From assembly GCA_964440935.1 (NCBI GenBank), contig CAYTTY010000001.1, positions 80,933 to 144,932 of the forward strand: a stretch of 64,000 nucleotides of DNA, read 5' to 3'. This document shows, piece by piece, positions 18,389 through 27,571 of this stretch (positions are counted from its first letter, which is position 1; every line of letters starts with the position of its first letter). The notes beneath the pieces are model-generated. The model did no database searches and was not told the origin of the DNA. It was given only the letters and a program-made list of their open reading frames with translations. A program made the position numbers and the translations under genes. Source of the DNA: an uncultured Ignavibacteria bacterium (GTDB lineage Bacteria; Zixibacteria; MSB-5A5; WJJR01).

Positions 18389-20737
18389 GTGGATGATGGG
18401 GGGACTGTTTTCCCGATGAATTGGATGAAGATGTACTTGGGTCGTTGGCGCTGGATCGTGTGGGATCTTTTTGCGATGCAGGGCGCCTTTGCCGTCGTCC
18501 TGTGGCTGCGGTTTGGCACCACGGGATCGGGGCAGCAGGTCCCAAGTACGCTGATCGATTATCTCGGTCCCGCGGCTTGGATATCCGCCGGGTGGCTGGT
18601 CATCTTCGCGGTTTTCGGTTTGTACCGCCAGCGTGCGTTTGCCTCGCATGCCGCGTGGCTGATGCGGCTGTTTAATGCGGTCACCTTCGGCACTCTATTG
18701 CTCGCCATTGTCACGTTCGACCCGACGCGTCCCTTCGCAGAGCCGCGCACGATCCTGATCGGTTATTGGGCGGCGATGTTGTTTTTCCTGGGTGGTGGCC
18801 GGTTGCTGCCTGCGCTCCAGGATAGCAGCAATCACGAGGAATCGATTGTCGTCACGCGAAGGCGTCTGGCGATCATTGCCATCGATGCCGTCCTGGTGGT
18901 GGCGTCGTACTACCTGGCATTCTGGCTGCGTTTTGATGGACACATTCCCGCCGATGCCCTGACCGCCTTTTGGAGTACGCTGCCGCTGGTGTTTCTCGTG
19001 CGCTTTGCCGCGTTCGTGATTTTCCGCCTGTATACCGGCGTCTGGCGGTACTCGTCGATCAATGACTTGTTTTCCATTTTGAAGGCCGTTTCTGCGGGCA
19101 CCGGCGTGCTCGTGCTGCCGGTGTTTTTCTTTGGCATTCCGGGATATCCACGGTCGGTCTTTCTGATCGACTGGTTCTTGCTGGTCATATTGCTCGGTGG
19201 TGTGCGTTTCGCGCTGCGCGCCTGGCGTGAGTTGCGACCGCGTTTCCGTCCCGATGGACGTCGCATTCTCGTCATCGGCGCCGGCGACGCCGGTGAGATG
19301 CTGATCCGCGAACTGAATCGGAATCCCGGGGCCTTTGGCGCACCGGTGGCCGTGATCGATTCCGATCCACGCAAACACGGTTCGCGTCTCCACGGTGTTC
19401 CTGTCATTGGTGGGCAGAATGCGATTCCCTCAGCCGTACGACGATTTCATGTCGACGAAATCCTGATCGCGATTCCATCGGCGACCGGGTCGCAAATGCG
19501 CGAAATCGTTGCCCAGTGCAGCCGCACCGGTGTGCCGTTTAAGACTGTTCCGTCGCTGCGCGAGTTGATCGGCAACCGCATCAGTTTGGCGCAGGCCCGA
19601 GCCGTCCACGTGGAAGACCTGCTCCGTCGTGCACCGGTCGAGATCGATTCGCCCACCTTGTCGCGGTTTCTCAGCGGCCGCCGTGTCATGGTGACCGGTG
19701 CGGCCGGGTCGATCGGCAGCGAGCTGGTGCGGCGCATTTTGCGTTACGCACCGGGCGAGCTCCTCCTGGTGGACCGTGCGGAGAACGCGCTGCACGACCT
19801 GATGGGTGAGTTGTCGTACATCGACAACTCCGGCTGCGTGCATGTTGCTCTGCTCGACATCACCGACCGCCGGCGGTTTCATCGTGAATTCGGCGACCGG
19901 GTTCCCGAGGTGATCTTTCATGCAGCCGCTTACAAACAGGTTCCGATCGCCGAGAATTACCCAGATGCCGTGGTGACCAACAACATCGGCGGTTCCCGGT
20001 TCTTGATGGATTGGTCACTCGAGCGTGGTGTGGCCGCATTTGTCAACGTGTCGACCGACAAAGCCGTGGTCCCGCGCAGTGTCATGGGCGCCACCAAGCG
20101 CGCTGCCGAATTGCTGGCACTCCGGCGCGCCGATGAAGGGCGGACCCGTTTCATCAACGTCCGATTCGGCAATGTCCTCGGATCCAGCGGGTCAGTCGTG
20201 CCTCTCTTCGAGCGTCAGATTCGTGCGGGCGGGCCGGTCACAGTAACACATCCCGACATCACGCGGTACTTCATGACGGCCACCGAGGCGGCGCTGCTCG
20301 TCTTGCAAGCGGGGGCGATCGGTGAAAACGGACAGACGCTGGTTCTGGATATGGGCGAACCGGTGCGCGTGGTCGACCTGGCGCGCGACATGATTGCATT
20401 GTCGGGATTGCGGCCGGACATCGACATTGCCGTCGAGTTTGTAGGATTGCGACCGGGCGAGAAGATGAACGAGGAGTTGTTCGGACCCAATGTGACACCA
20501 CGCCGTTCCACACACGAAAAGATCTGGATCGTCGACGCCGTCGATGATGCCGCGCCCGACTTTGAATCGCACATAACTGAGTTACTGCAATTGGCGGCAA
20601 CGGGCGATCATGAGGCCACCTTCCAGGCGCTCCTCGACGTGGTGCCGCACTTTGGACCCGAGGCGGATCAGCATCTCATTGACGACAACGACTCCATCGC
20701 CATAACACAGAACATGCAATTTCACAAGAATGGGTGA
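18389..20737 (+). CDS. membrane-anchored nucleotide-sugar 4,6-dehydratase (WbpM/PglF/CapD family)
   Basis: Four or five N-terminal transmembrane helices, then a CoA-binding-like linker and the SDR NAD-binding motif VTGAAGSIGSEL with the catalytic region. 782 aa; an alternative start lies at ATG 18416. Confidence 0.85.
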   Translation: MDDGGTVFPMNWMKMYLGRWRWIVWDLFAMQGAFAVVLWLRFGTTGSGQQVPSTLIDYLGPAAWISAGWLVIFAVFGLYRQRAFASHAAWLMRLFNAVTFGTLLLAIVTFDPTRPFAEPRTILIGYWAAMLFFLGGGRLLPALQDSSNHEESIVVTRRRLAIIAIDAVLVVASYYLAFWLRFDGHIPADALTAFWSTLPLVFLVRFAAFVIFRLYTGVWRYSSINDLFSILKAVSAGTGVLVLPVFFFGIPGYPRSVFLIDWFLLVILLGGVRFALRAWRELRPRFRPDGRRILVIGAGDAGEMLIRELNRNPGAFGAPVAVIDSDPRKHGSRLHGVPVIGGQNAIPSAVRRFHVDEILIAIPSATGSQMREIVAQCSRTGVPFKTVPSLRELIGNRISLAQARAVHVEDLLRRAPVEIDSPTLSRFLSGRRVMVTGAAGSIGSELVRRILRYAPGELLLVDRAENALHDLMGELSYIDNSGCVHVALLDITDRRRFHREFGDRVPEVIFHAAAYKQVPIAENYPDAVVTNNIGGSRFLMDWSLERGVAAFVNVSTDKAVVPRSVMGATKRAAELLALRRADEGRTRFINVRFGNVLGSSGSVVPLFERQIRAGGPVTVTHPDITRYFMTATEAALLVLQAGAIGENGQTLVLDMGEPVRVVDLARDMIALSGLRPDIDIAVEFVGLRPGEKMNEELFGPNVTPRRSTHEKIWIVDAVDDAAPDFESHITELLQLAATGDHEATFQALLDVVPHFGPEADQHLIDDNDSIAITQNMQFHKNG

Positions 20738-20807
20738 CAGACACCGGTTGTATCATTCGGCCACCGTTCCTTTAGCTGCGAACGTCTAAAGCCAATCTCA
20801 ATGCCCT

Positions 20808-22073
20808 ATGCTTGATCTCAAGTTTATTCGCGACAATGTGGAAACGGTGCGTCAAGGCATCGTCAACAAGAACGAAGAGGATCGTCTCGACGATCTGCTG
20901 CAACTGGATGAAAAGCGGCGCAGCATCATAGTCGACACCGAACAGTTGAAGCACGAAAAGAACGTTGCCTCACAAAACATCGCACGCGCGAAGAAGGCGG
21001 GTGAAGACGCTGCCGATGCGATCGCGGCCATGCGTGAGGTATCAAACCGCGTACAGTCGCTCGATTCCGAGCTGCGTGAGGTGGAGACACAGATGCGCGA
21101 GCTGCAACTGCGCATTCCCAACATCCCGCATCCCAATGTCCCCATAGGTGATGAATCGCAAAACAAAGATATCCGGTCATGGGGCGAAAAACCGGACTAC
21201 GGATTCACACCGAAGCCACACTGGGAAATTGGCGAAGCGCTCGGCATCTACAAGGGAGACGCGGGTGCGTCGATCAGCGGATCGGGGTTTTTCATTCTCG
21301 GACACACCGGCGCACGTATGCAGCGGGCGCTGATCAACTACATGATCGATTACCACTGCAACAATGGATATGTCGAGCATCGTGTCCCGTATCTGGTGAC
21401 GCGCCAGACAATGCAGGGGACGGGTCAACTGCCCAAGCTGGCCGACGACATGTATCATATTGAGGCTGACGACCTGTATTTGATACCGACCGCTGAAGTT
21501 CCACTTACGAACATTGATGCCGGTCATATCATCAAGGCGGATCACCTGCCGACGCGCATGGTGGCATATACCCCGTGCTTTCGCCGGGAGGCCGGTGCAC
21601 ACGGCAAAGATACCCGCGGCATGATTCGTGTGCACCAGTTCGACAAGGTTGAATTGGTCAAGATTGTCGAGCCCGATACATCGTATGATGAACTCGAGAC
21701 GCTGGTCAGCGATGCCGAAGCGATTTTACAGGCACTGAAACTCCCTTATCGGGTACGGATGCTGGCGTCGGGGGACTTGTCGTTTGCGGCGGCGAAGTGC
21801 TACGATCTCGAAGTGTATGCGGCTGGGATTGATACCTGGCTGGAAGTGAGTTCATGCTCCAATTTCGAGGACTTTCAGGCACGGCGCATGAACCTGCGGT
21901 GCCGTCCCGCCGACGGTGGCAAACCATTCTATCCACACACCTTAAACGGCTCGGCCCTGGCCCTGCCCCGGACCATGATTGCGATCTGGGAGAATTACCA
22001 GACACCGGATGGCGGGATTCGCGTGCCGGAGGTGTTGGTGCCGTACATGGGCGGGCTCACCGAAATTCACTGA
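20808..22073 (+). CDS. serS: seryl-tRNA synthetase
   Basis: N-terminal coiled-coil arm (MLDLKFIRDN...), then a class II aaRS core with motifs 2 and 3 (FRREAG...; GSALA...RT). 421 aa. Confidence 0.9.
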   Translation: MLDLKFIRDNVETVRQGIVNKNEEDRLDDLLQLDEKRRSIIVDTEQLKHEKNVASQNIARAKKAGEDAADAIAAMREVSNRVQSLDSELREVETQMRELQLRIPNIPHPNVPIGDESQNKDIRSWGEKPDYGFTPKPHWEIGEALGIYKGDAGASISGSGFFILGHTGARMQRALINYMIDYHCNNGYVEHRVPYLVTRQTMQGTGQLPKLADDMYHIEADDLYLIPTAEVPLTNIDAGHIIKADHLPTRMVAYTPCFRREAGAHGKDTRGMIRVHQFDKVELVKIVEPDTSYDELETLVSDAEAILQALKLPYRVRMLASGDLSFAAAKCYDLEVYAAGIDTWLEVSSCSNFEDFQARRMNLRCRPADGGKPFYPHTLNGSALALPRTMIAIWENYQTPDGGIRVPEVLVPYMGGLTEIH

Positions 22074-22099
22074 ACGGGGGCCAATGATGAGAGTAGAAC

Positions 22100-22138
22100 C
22101 CGAGGGGCGTGCCAGGGTGCGCCCCTGTGTTATTTTCG
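22100..22138 (+). terminator. putative intrinsic terminator downstream of serS
   Basis: Stem GAGGGGCG paired with CGCCCCT and a ~10-nt loop, followed by GTGTTATTTTCG (T-rich). Confidence 0.5.
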
Positions 22139-22171
22139 TATGAGTGATGGGCGGCTCGACACGATAATCTG

Positions 22172-23431
22172 ATGCGACGACGGCTCTGGAAATTCATTCA
22201 CGGACGCGCCGGCGCCACCGGCCTGCCTCTGGCCTTTAAGGGGCTGATGATTGCCGGTGTCGTGGTATTTGCCGCGTTTTTGGTCTACACCACCCAGACC
22301 ATGGTCTCGGAGTTGAAGGCCTCGGAAGCGCGCTTGGCGATGACCTATGCCAATCAATGGAAGCGTGCCGCCGAAGCAACCAATCCGGCCGAAATTGGAT
22401 TCCTGTTCGATGAGATTATCAGTCGGGAGGATTTCCCGATTGTTGTGGCCAACGCCGAGGGCTTTCCGCTGTACTGGCGTGGCCTCGAAGACATTCCCGA
22501 TAACGCCGAAGATCCCAAGGTCCGGGATGAAGTACGCCGACTCATGCAGCGAATGGGGGAGGAGTATCCACCTGTCCCCATTACTTATCAAGACCAGCTT
22601 CTCTACTATCTCTATTATGGAAATTACAGACTGGTCCAGGCCGTCAATCTATTTCCCTACATCGAAGTCGGTTTGTTAACACTGTTTCTGCTGATTGCCT
22701 ATGTGAGCTTCCGCAACATCAAGCGAGCCGAGCAGCGTTACATCTGGGTCGGTATGGCCAAGGAGACAGCCCATCAGTTGGGCACGCCGCTGTCTTCCTT
22801 GATGGGATGGTTGGAGTTATTGCAGGCCAGAACAGAGAACGATCAACCGCAACAGCCTTCTTCCGATGCCCACGAAATGGCAGAGACTGTTGATCGCATG
22901 CAGCGTGACGTTGCCCGTTTACGGCGTGTCGCCAATCGATTCGGTCAGATCGGCTCGGTCCCGGATTTGAAAGTGCAATCTGTGCAGCCCATTGTCGAAG
23001 AAGTGATTACTTACTTCCGCCAGCGTTTGCCATTCGGTGGTCAAGGTTGTTGTCTCACCGATGACATCGAGCCGACGCCTGAAGTCGCGATTAACCCGGA
23101 ATTGATTTCCTGGGTGTTGGAAAACCTGATCAAGAATGCTCTGGAATCTGTGGATCCTAAACAGGGCGTGGTGCACATCCAATTGCACCCTGCTGCCGGT
23201 GGTGGTGTTGAAATCGCCGTGATTGACAATGGACGCGGCATTACCGGAAAGCAACAGAAGAAGATCTTCGCACCCGGCGTCACAACCAAGAAGCGGGGCT
23301 GGGGCCTGGGCTTGACATTGGCCCGGCGAATTGTCATGGAATACCATGGGGGGGATCTGTATCTTGCGGAATCGATCCCTGATCAATCGACGCGCTTCGT
23401 GATTCACTTACCGGCAGCAGAGAATCCGTAG
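22172..23431 (+). CDS. sensor histidine kinase (PorY-like partner of the downstream PorX-like regulator)
   Basis: Two transmembrane helices flank a ~120-aa periplasmic loop. The HisKA H-box is ETAHQLGTPLSSL, followed by HATPase_c N/G boxes (NLIKNALES..., GWGLGL). Confidence 0.75.
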   Translation: MRRRLWKFIHGRAGATGLPLAFKGLMIAGVVVFAAFLVYTTQTMVSELKASEARLAMTYANQWKRAAEATNPAEIGFLFDEIISREDFPIVVANAEGFPLYWRGLEDIPDNAEDPKVRDEVRRLMQRMGEEYPPVPITYQDQLLYYLYYGNYRLVQAVNLFPYIEVGLLTLFLLIAYVSFRNIKRAEQRYIWVGMAKETAHQLGTPLSSLMGWLELLQARTENDQPQQPSSDAHEMAETVDRMQRDVARLRRVANRFGQIGSVPDLKVQSVQPIVEEVITYFRQRLPFGGQGCCLTDDIEPTPEVAINPELISWVLENLIKNALESVDPKQGVVHIQLHPAAGGGVEIAVIDNGRGITGKQQKKIFAPGVTTKKRGWGLGLTLARRIVMEYHGGDLYLAESIPDQSTRFVIHLPAAENP

Positions 23432-23448
23432 CAGCAAACGAAACGAGG

Positions 23449-25029
23449 ATGTCCGTTATGGCAAGCAATCTGCGCCAGGTATTGTGGGTGGACGACGAGA
23501 TCGATTTGCTCACGGCCCATTTTATGTTTCTCAAAGAGCGTGGGTACGAGGTCACCGGCGCGCATTCGGGTGATGATGCGCTCGGACATCTCGACAAGCA
23601 GCGTTTCGATCTGGTACTGCTCGACGAACAAATGCCGGGGATGGACGGTTTGTCCACGCTGGAGCAAATCAAGCGCCGCGACCCCAATTTGCCGGTGGTG
23701 ATGGTCACCAAGAGCGAAGAAGAGCAGATCATGGACGAGGCGATCGGAAAGAAAATCGACGATTACCTCACCAAACCGGTCAATCCGAGTCAGATACTCT
23801 CGGTGATCAAGCGCCATGTCGAGAAGCGAAAGATTCGGTCCGAGCATCTCGCCAAGCAGTATGTCGCCGATTTCAATCATTTGCGCGAAAACCTGTCGCC
23901 CAATGCCGACTGGACCGCATGGGTCGATGCTCACCGCTCACTGTCGCAATGGGACCTGGATCTGGACCTGTTCGTCAATTTGGGTTTGGACCAGACCCAC
24001 CGCGAACACAAGCGCGAATGGAATGTCGAATTTGGCCGTTGGGTGGAGCGGGAATACCCGCAGTGGATAGCCAATATCGACAACGACAAACGCCCGCCGC
24101 TTTCCGTCGATGTTGTGCCGAAGTACCTGGTGCCGCATCTCAAAGCAGGCCGCAAAGTCTACTTTTTTGTGATCGACTGCATGCGCTTCGACCAGTGGTT
24201 CAACATCGAGTCGGAATTGGCGGAATACTTCACCATCGATCGCGAGTTCTATTTTTCCTTGCTGCCTACGGCGACGCCGTTCTCACGCAATGCCATTTTC
24301 TCCGGGCTGACCGCCGATGAAATCCAACGATTGTATCCGGAACTTTGGCAAATCGGCGACAAAGACGAGTTTTCGCGTAACCGTCTCGAACGCCAACTGC
24401 TCGATCAGCAACTTGATCGTCTCGGCGTACGTCTGCCGTCGGAAGCGAAGTATGTGAAGGTTCTCGACTTTGCTGAAGGCGAAAGCATTGACAAAAAGTT
24501 CAGTTCGTACAAAGACACACCGCTGCTATCGGTGGTCTACAACTTCATCGATCACCTGACACACGGCCGCACGGACCACGAATTGTTATATGAATTGGCG
24601 CCGGATGAGGCGGCCTTTCGCGGCCTGATGAAGACATGGTTCGTGAATTCGTCGTGGTTCAAGGTCCTCCGCAAAATCGCCAAAGATCCGAATGCGATCG
24701 CCGTTGTCACCACCGATCACGGCAGCATCCTGGGATCACGCGGAACCATGGCGCATGGACGGCGCGACACGTCGCCCAGCCTGCGCTACAAATTCGGTGA
24801 CACCTTAAAGTGTGATCCCAAAGATGGCGTCATGGTGAAAGATCCACGCACCTATCGATTGCCGACGTTCACCATGAACACCACATACTTGTTGGCCAAA
24901 GAGGATTTCTATTTCGTCTATCCGACGAATTTCAACGAGTACCAGCGCAAGTTCGCCAATACCTTTCTCCACGGCGGCATTTCCATGCCCGAGATGATTT
25001 TGCCGGTGGCGACGCTGACGCCGAAGTAA
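23449..25029 (+). CDS. PorX-like response regulator: CheY-type receiver fused to a PglZ (alkaline-phosphatase superfamily) domain
   Basis: Receiver motifs are LWVDDE, DLVLLDEQMPGMDG and KP. The C-terminal ~380 aa contains TTDHGS and other phosphatase-superfamily metal-ligand motifs. An alternative start lies at ATG 23458. Confidence 0.75.
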   Translation: MSVMASNLRQVLWVDDEIDLLTAHFMFLKERGYEVTGAHSGDDALGHLDKQRFDLVLLDEQMPGMDGLSTLEQIKRRDPNLPVVMVTKSEEEQIMDEAIGKKIDDYLTKPVNPSQILSVIKRHVEKRKIRSEHLAKQYVADFNHLRENLSPNADWTAWVDAHRSLSQWDLDLDLFVNLGLDQTHREHKREWNVEFGRWVEREYPQWIANIDNDKRPPLSVDVVPKYLVPHLKAGRKVYFFVIDCMRFDQWFNIESELAEYFTIDREFYFSLLPTATPFSRNAIFSGLTADEIQRLYPELWQIGDKDEFSRNRLERQLLDQQLDRLGVRLPSEAKYVKVLDFAEGESIDKKFSSYKDTPLLSVVYNFIDHLTHGRTDHELLYELAPDEAAFRGLMKTWFVNSSWFKVLRKIAKDPNAIAVVTTDHGSILGSRGTMAHGRRDTSPSLRYKFGDTLKCDPKDGVMVKDPRTYRLPTFTMNTTYLLAKEDFYFVYPTNFNEYQRKFANTFLHGGISMPEMILPVATLTPK

Positions 25030-25031
25030 CC

Positions 25032-25460
25032 GTGGCCGGACAGACGACAAAGTGTGAGGCGGAAACCGTTGCCGTCGCCCATTCCTTCGCCCGATCCTTG
25101 AAGCCGGGCGACTGGGTGGGACTCATCGGTCCCCTTGGGGCCGGGAAATCGGTCTTCGCCCGGGCGGTCGGTGAGGCGCTCGGGGTCCGCGAACCAATGC
25201 CATCGCCGACATATACTCTCATGAATGTGCTCGATGGCGATATCCCGGTCTATCATGTGGATTTGTACCGTCTATCGTCGGCCGATGAGCTGGAATTTGC
25301 CGGTATTGCTCCGTATTTCCAATCGTCCGGTATCTGTCTCGTCGAATGGGCGGATCGCATTCGCGACCAGTGGCCCGCCACCGGTTGGCTTGTCACGATT
25401 AGCATCGCCGGCGATACCGAACGCCGTATCTCTATTGTTCCCCTCACCTCGGCATCGTAA
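25032..25460 (+). CDS. tsaE: tRNA t6A37 biosynthesis ATPase TsaE (YjeE)
   Basis: P-loop LIGPLGAGKS and the PSPTYTL motif; 142 aa. Confidence 0.85.
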   Translation: MAGQTTKCEAETVAVAHSFARSLKPGDWVGLIGPLGAGKSVFARAVGEALGVREPMPSPTYTLMNVLDGDIPVYHVDLYRLSSADELEFAGIAPYFQSSGICLVEWADRIRDQWPATGWLVTISIAGDTERRISIVPLTSAS

Positions 25461-25468
25461 GTATCTTC

Positions 25469-26170
25469 ATGCGCGTGTTGGCTTTTGACATGACGGCGTC
25501 GCGGATCACCGTTGGCTTGGCTCGTGATGGACGTCCCGTTGGACGGTGGGATGCCGGCGCCACACGCGGTCGCAGTGGCACGCTCGATGCGTTGATCGAC
25601 AAAGCCCTCTCCGAGTCAGGTCGGACTCGCCAGGACATCGACGGTCTCGGTTTGGTGACCGGCCCCGGATCCTTGACCGCGACGCGCATCGGCTGGGCGA
25701 CGGCGTCCGGCTGGGCACTGGCTGGGAACATTCCGATCACCGGCTGGCCGACTCAGGCAGTGCAGCGACGCTGGTGGTGCACTGCGGGTGCTCATTCCAA
25801 GTTGGGCATCGCCAATCCGGAGGAGTACTCCGTGGCCTGCGTGGTCCATCATCGGGGCGATGAGTTTTACCTCTATTATTTGTCGACAGATCGCGAGACC
25901 GGACATCCTGAGAGTATCCGTCTCGGTGAATGGGCGCCGACAGAGGGTGTGCCGACTGTCCTTGTTGGCAGCGGTCTTCTGGGATATCGGGATCGTTGGG
26001 TACGGTCGCTCGGCCAATCGGCTATCGTTGTCAGCGAGGATGATGCCCTGGTGGGCGGCGATATGCTTGCTGTGTGGGCGACTGAGGCGATTGATGACGG
26101 CCACCTCCTCGATCCGCTGGAATCTCCTCTGGACTACGGTTTGCCGCCTCAGTTTCGTAAAGCAAGATGA
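25469..26170 (+). CDS. tsaB: tRNA t6A37 biosynthesis protein TsaB (YeaZ, inactive Kae1 paralogue)
   Basis: TGPGSLTATRIG motif; ~230 aa; lies between tsaE and rimI as in many bacteria. Confidence 0.8.
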   Translation: MRVLAFDMTASRITVGLARDGRPVGRWDAGATRGRSGTLDALIDKALSESGRTRQDIDGLGLVTGPGSLTATRIGWATASGWALAGNIPITGWPTQAVQRRWWCTAGAHSKLGIANPEEYSVACVVHHRGDEFYLYYLSTDRETGHPESIRLGEWAPTEGVPTVLVGSGLLGYRDRWVRSLGQSAIVVSEDDALVGGDMLAVWATEAIDDGHLLDPLESPLDYGLPPQFRKAR

Positions 26171-26676
26171 TGGAGCAGGCGATCACCATACGTCCGATGA
26201 CCCGGACCGACCTCGATTGGATTGAAGCCCAAGAGCGACTGGTATTTACCGATCCCTGGCCCAAATCGGCCTTCAAGGAGTCGCTCGTGTTTAACGGTGG
26301 ATTGAATGTCGTTGCCGTGAACGGAGATGGCCAGTTGTGTGGATATCTGTGTGCCCAGGTAGTCGCCGATGAGATACAGATTCACAATATTGCCGTTCCT
26401 CCGTCAGCGCGTCGCCGTGGCATCGCACGCCAGTTGATGGATTATGCCGAGGCGCATGGGATGGAAAAGGGTGTTGCGTGCGCCGTGCTTGAGGTGCGTA
26501 TTACGAATAAGTCCGCGATCGCGATGTACGCCAATCGCGGCTATCAGAGCATTGGTCGGCGCCGCGGCTATTACCGTCGTCCCTTGTGCGATGCTTTGGT
26601 CCTGATGAAGATCTTAGACGATTCCGACTCCGGAGATCGTCAGATGGCGGAGACATCCGATGGAATGGTTTCGTAA
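26167..26676 (+). CDS. rimI: ribosomal-protein-alanine N-acetyltransferase (GNAT)
   Basis: GNAT motif A (IAVPPSARRRGIARQLM); overlaps tsaB by 4 nt. Confidence 0.8.
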   Translation: MMEQAITIRPMTRTDLDWIEAQERLVFTDPWPKSAFKESLVFNGGLNVVAVNGDGQLCGYLCAQVVADEIQIHNIAVPPSARRRGIARQLMDYAEAHGMEKGVACAVLEVRITNKSAIAMYANRGYQSIGRRRGYYRRPLCDALVLMKILDDSDSGDRQMAETSDGMVS

Positions 26677-27571
26677 AGCAAGAGCCGGTTTGGCACGCCA
26701 GGAAAAACGTGATATTCCCGACGGATTGTGGACGAAATGCGGCGGGTGCGGGGAGATTATCTATGCCCGCGAACTCGAACGCCGCAGTTGGGTGTGCCCA
26801 TCGTGTGAGTTCCACTTCCGCATTGGGCATCAGGATTATATCCGGCTGATCCTCGACGATGGCGCGCTCGAAGAATATGACCGCGGTCTGGTGTCGCAGG
26901 ATCCTCTGCAGTTTAAGGACAAAAAGAAGTACCCCGAACGGATCGCCGCCGCCCAACAGAAAACCGGTCTGGCTGATGCGGTCGTCTGCGGCATTGGAAA
27001 AATCGAGCAACGTCCGGTTTCGTTCAGTGTAATGGAATTCGCCTTTGTCGGCGGCAGCATGGGATCAGTCGTGGGGGAGAAGATCGCCCGCGCGATCGAA
27101 CGGGCAATGACGCGGCGCATCCCATTGATCATTGTCTGCTGTTCGGGCGGTGCGCGGATGCAGGAGGGGATTCTCTCCCTGATGCAAATGGCCAAGACCA
27201 GCTACTTACTGGCCGAGCTGGCCGAAATGCACCTCCCGTACATCACGGTACTGACCAATCCCACTACCGCCGGTGTGATGGCATCGTACGCGTCGCTGGG
27301 TGATGTGATTATCGCCGAGCCGGGCGCGCAGTTGGGATTTGCCGGCCCACGCGTAATTCGCGAGACGATCCGTCAGGAATTGCCGCCGGGGTTCCAGAGC
27401 TCCGAGTATTTCCTGGAGCACGGTTTTCTGGATCGCATCGTGAAACGCACCGAGTTGAAGTCAACGATCGCCAATCTGCTTCAATTTCTCTGCGGTCCAA
27501 CGTCGGGCGTCAATGATCCCGAGGGGTTGCGAGTCAAACCAACCGAACTGGAACCCGATTCCGCCGAGTGA
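26660..27571 (+). CDS. accD: acetyl-CoA carboxylase carboxyltransferase beta subunit
   Basis: N-terminal zinc ribbon CGGCGEIIYARELERRSWVCPSCEFH, then the crotonase-fold carboxyltransferase domain (GGSMG...GGARMQEG). Confidence 0.9.
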   Translation: MEWFRKARAGLARQEKRDIPDGLWTKCGGCGEIIYARELERRSWVCPSCEFHFRIGHQDYIRLILDDGALEEYDRGLVSQDPLQFKDKKKYPERIAAAQQKTGLADAVVCGIGKIEQRPVSFSVMEFAFVGGSMGSVVGEKIARAIERAMTRRIPLIIVCCSGGARMQEGILSLMQMAKTSYLLAELAEMHLPYITVLTNPTTAGVMASYASLGDVIIAEPGAQLGFAGPRVIRETIRQELPPGFQSSEYFLEHGFLDRIVKRTELKSTIANLLQFLCGPTSGVNDPEGLRVKPTELEPDSAE

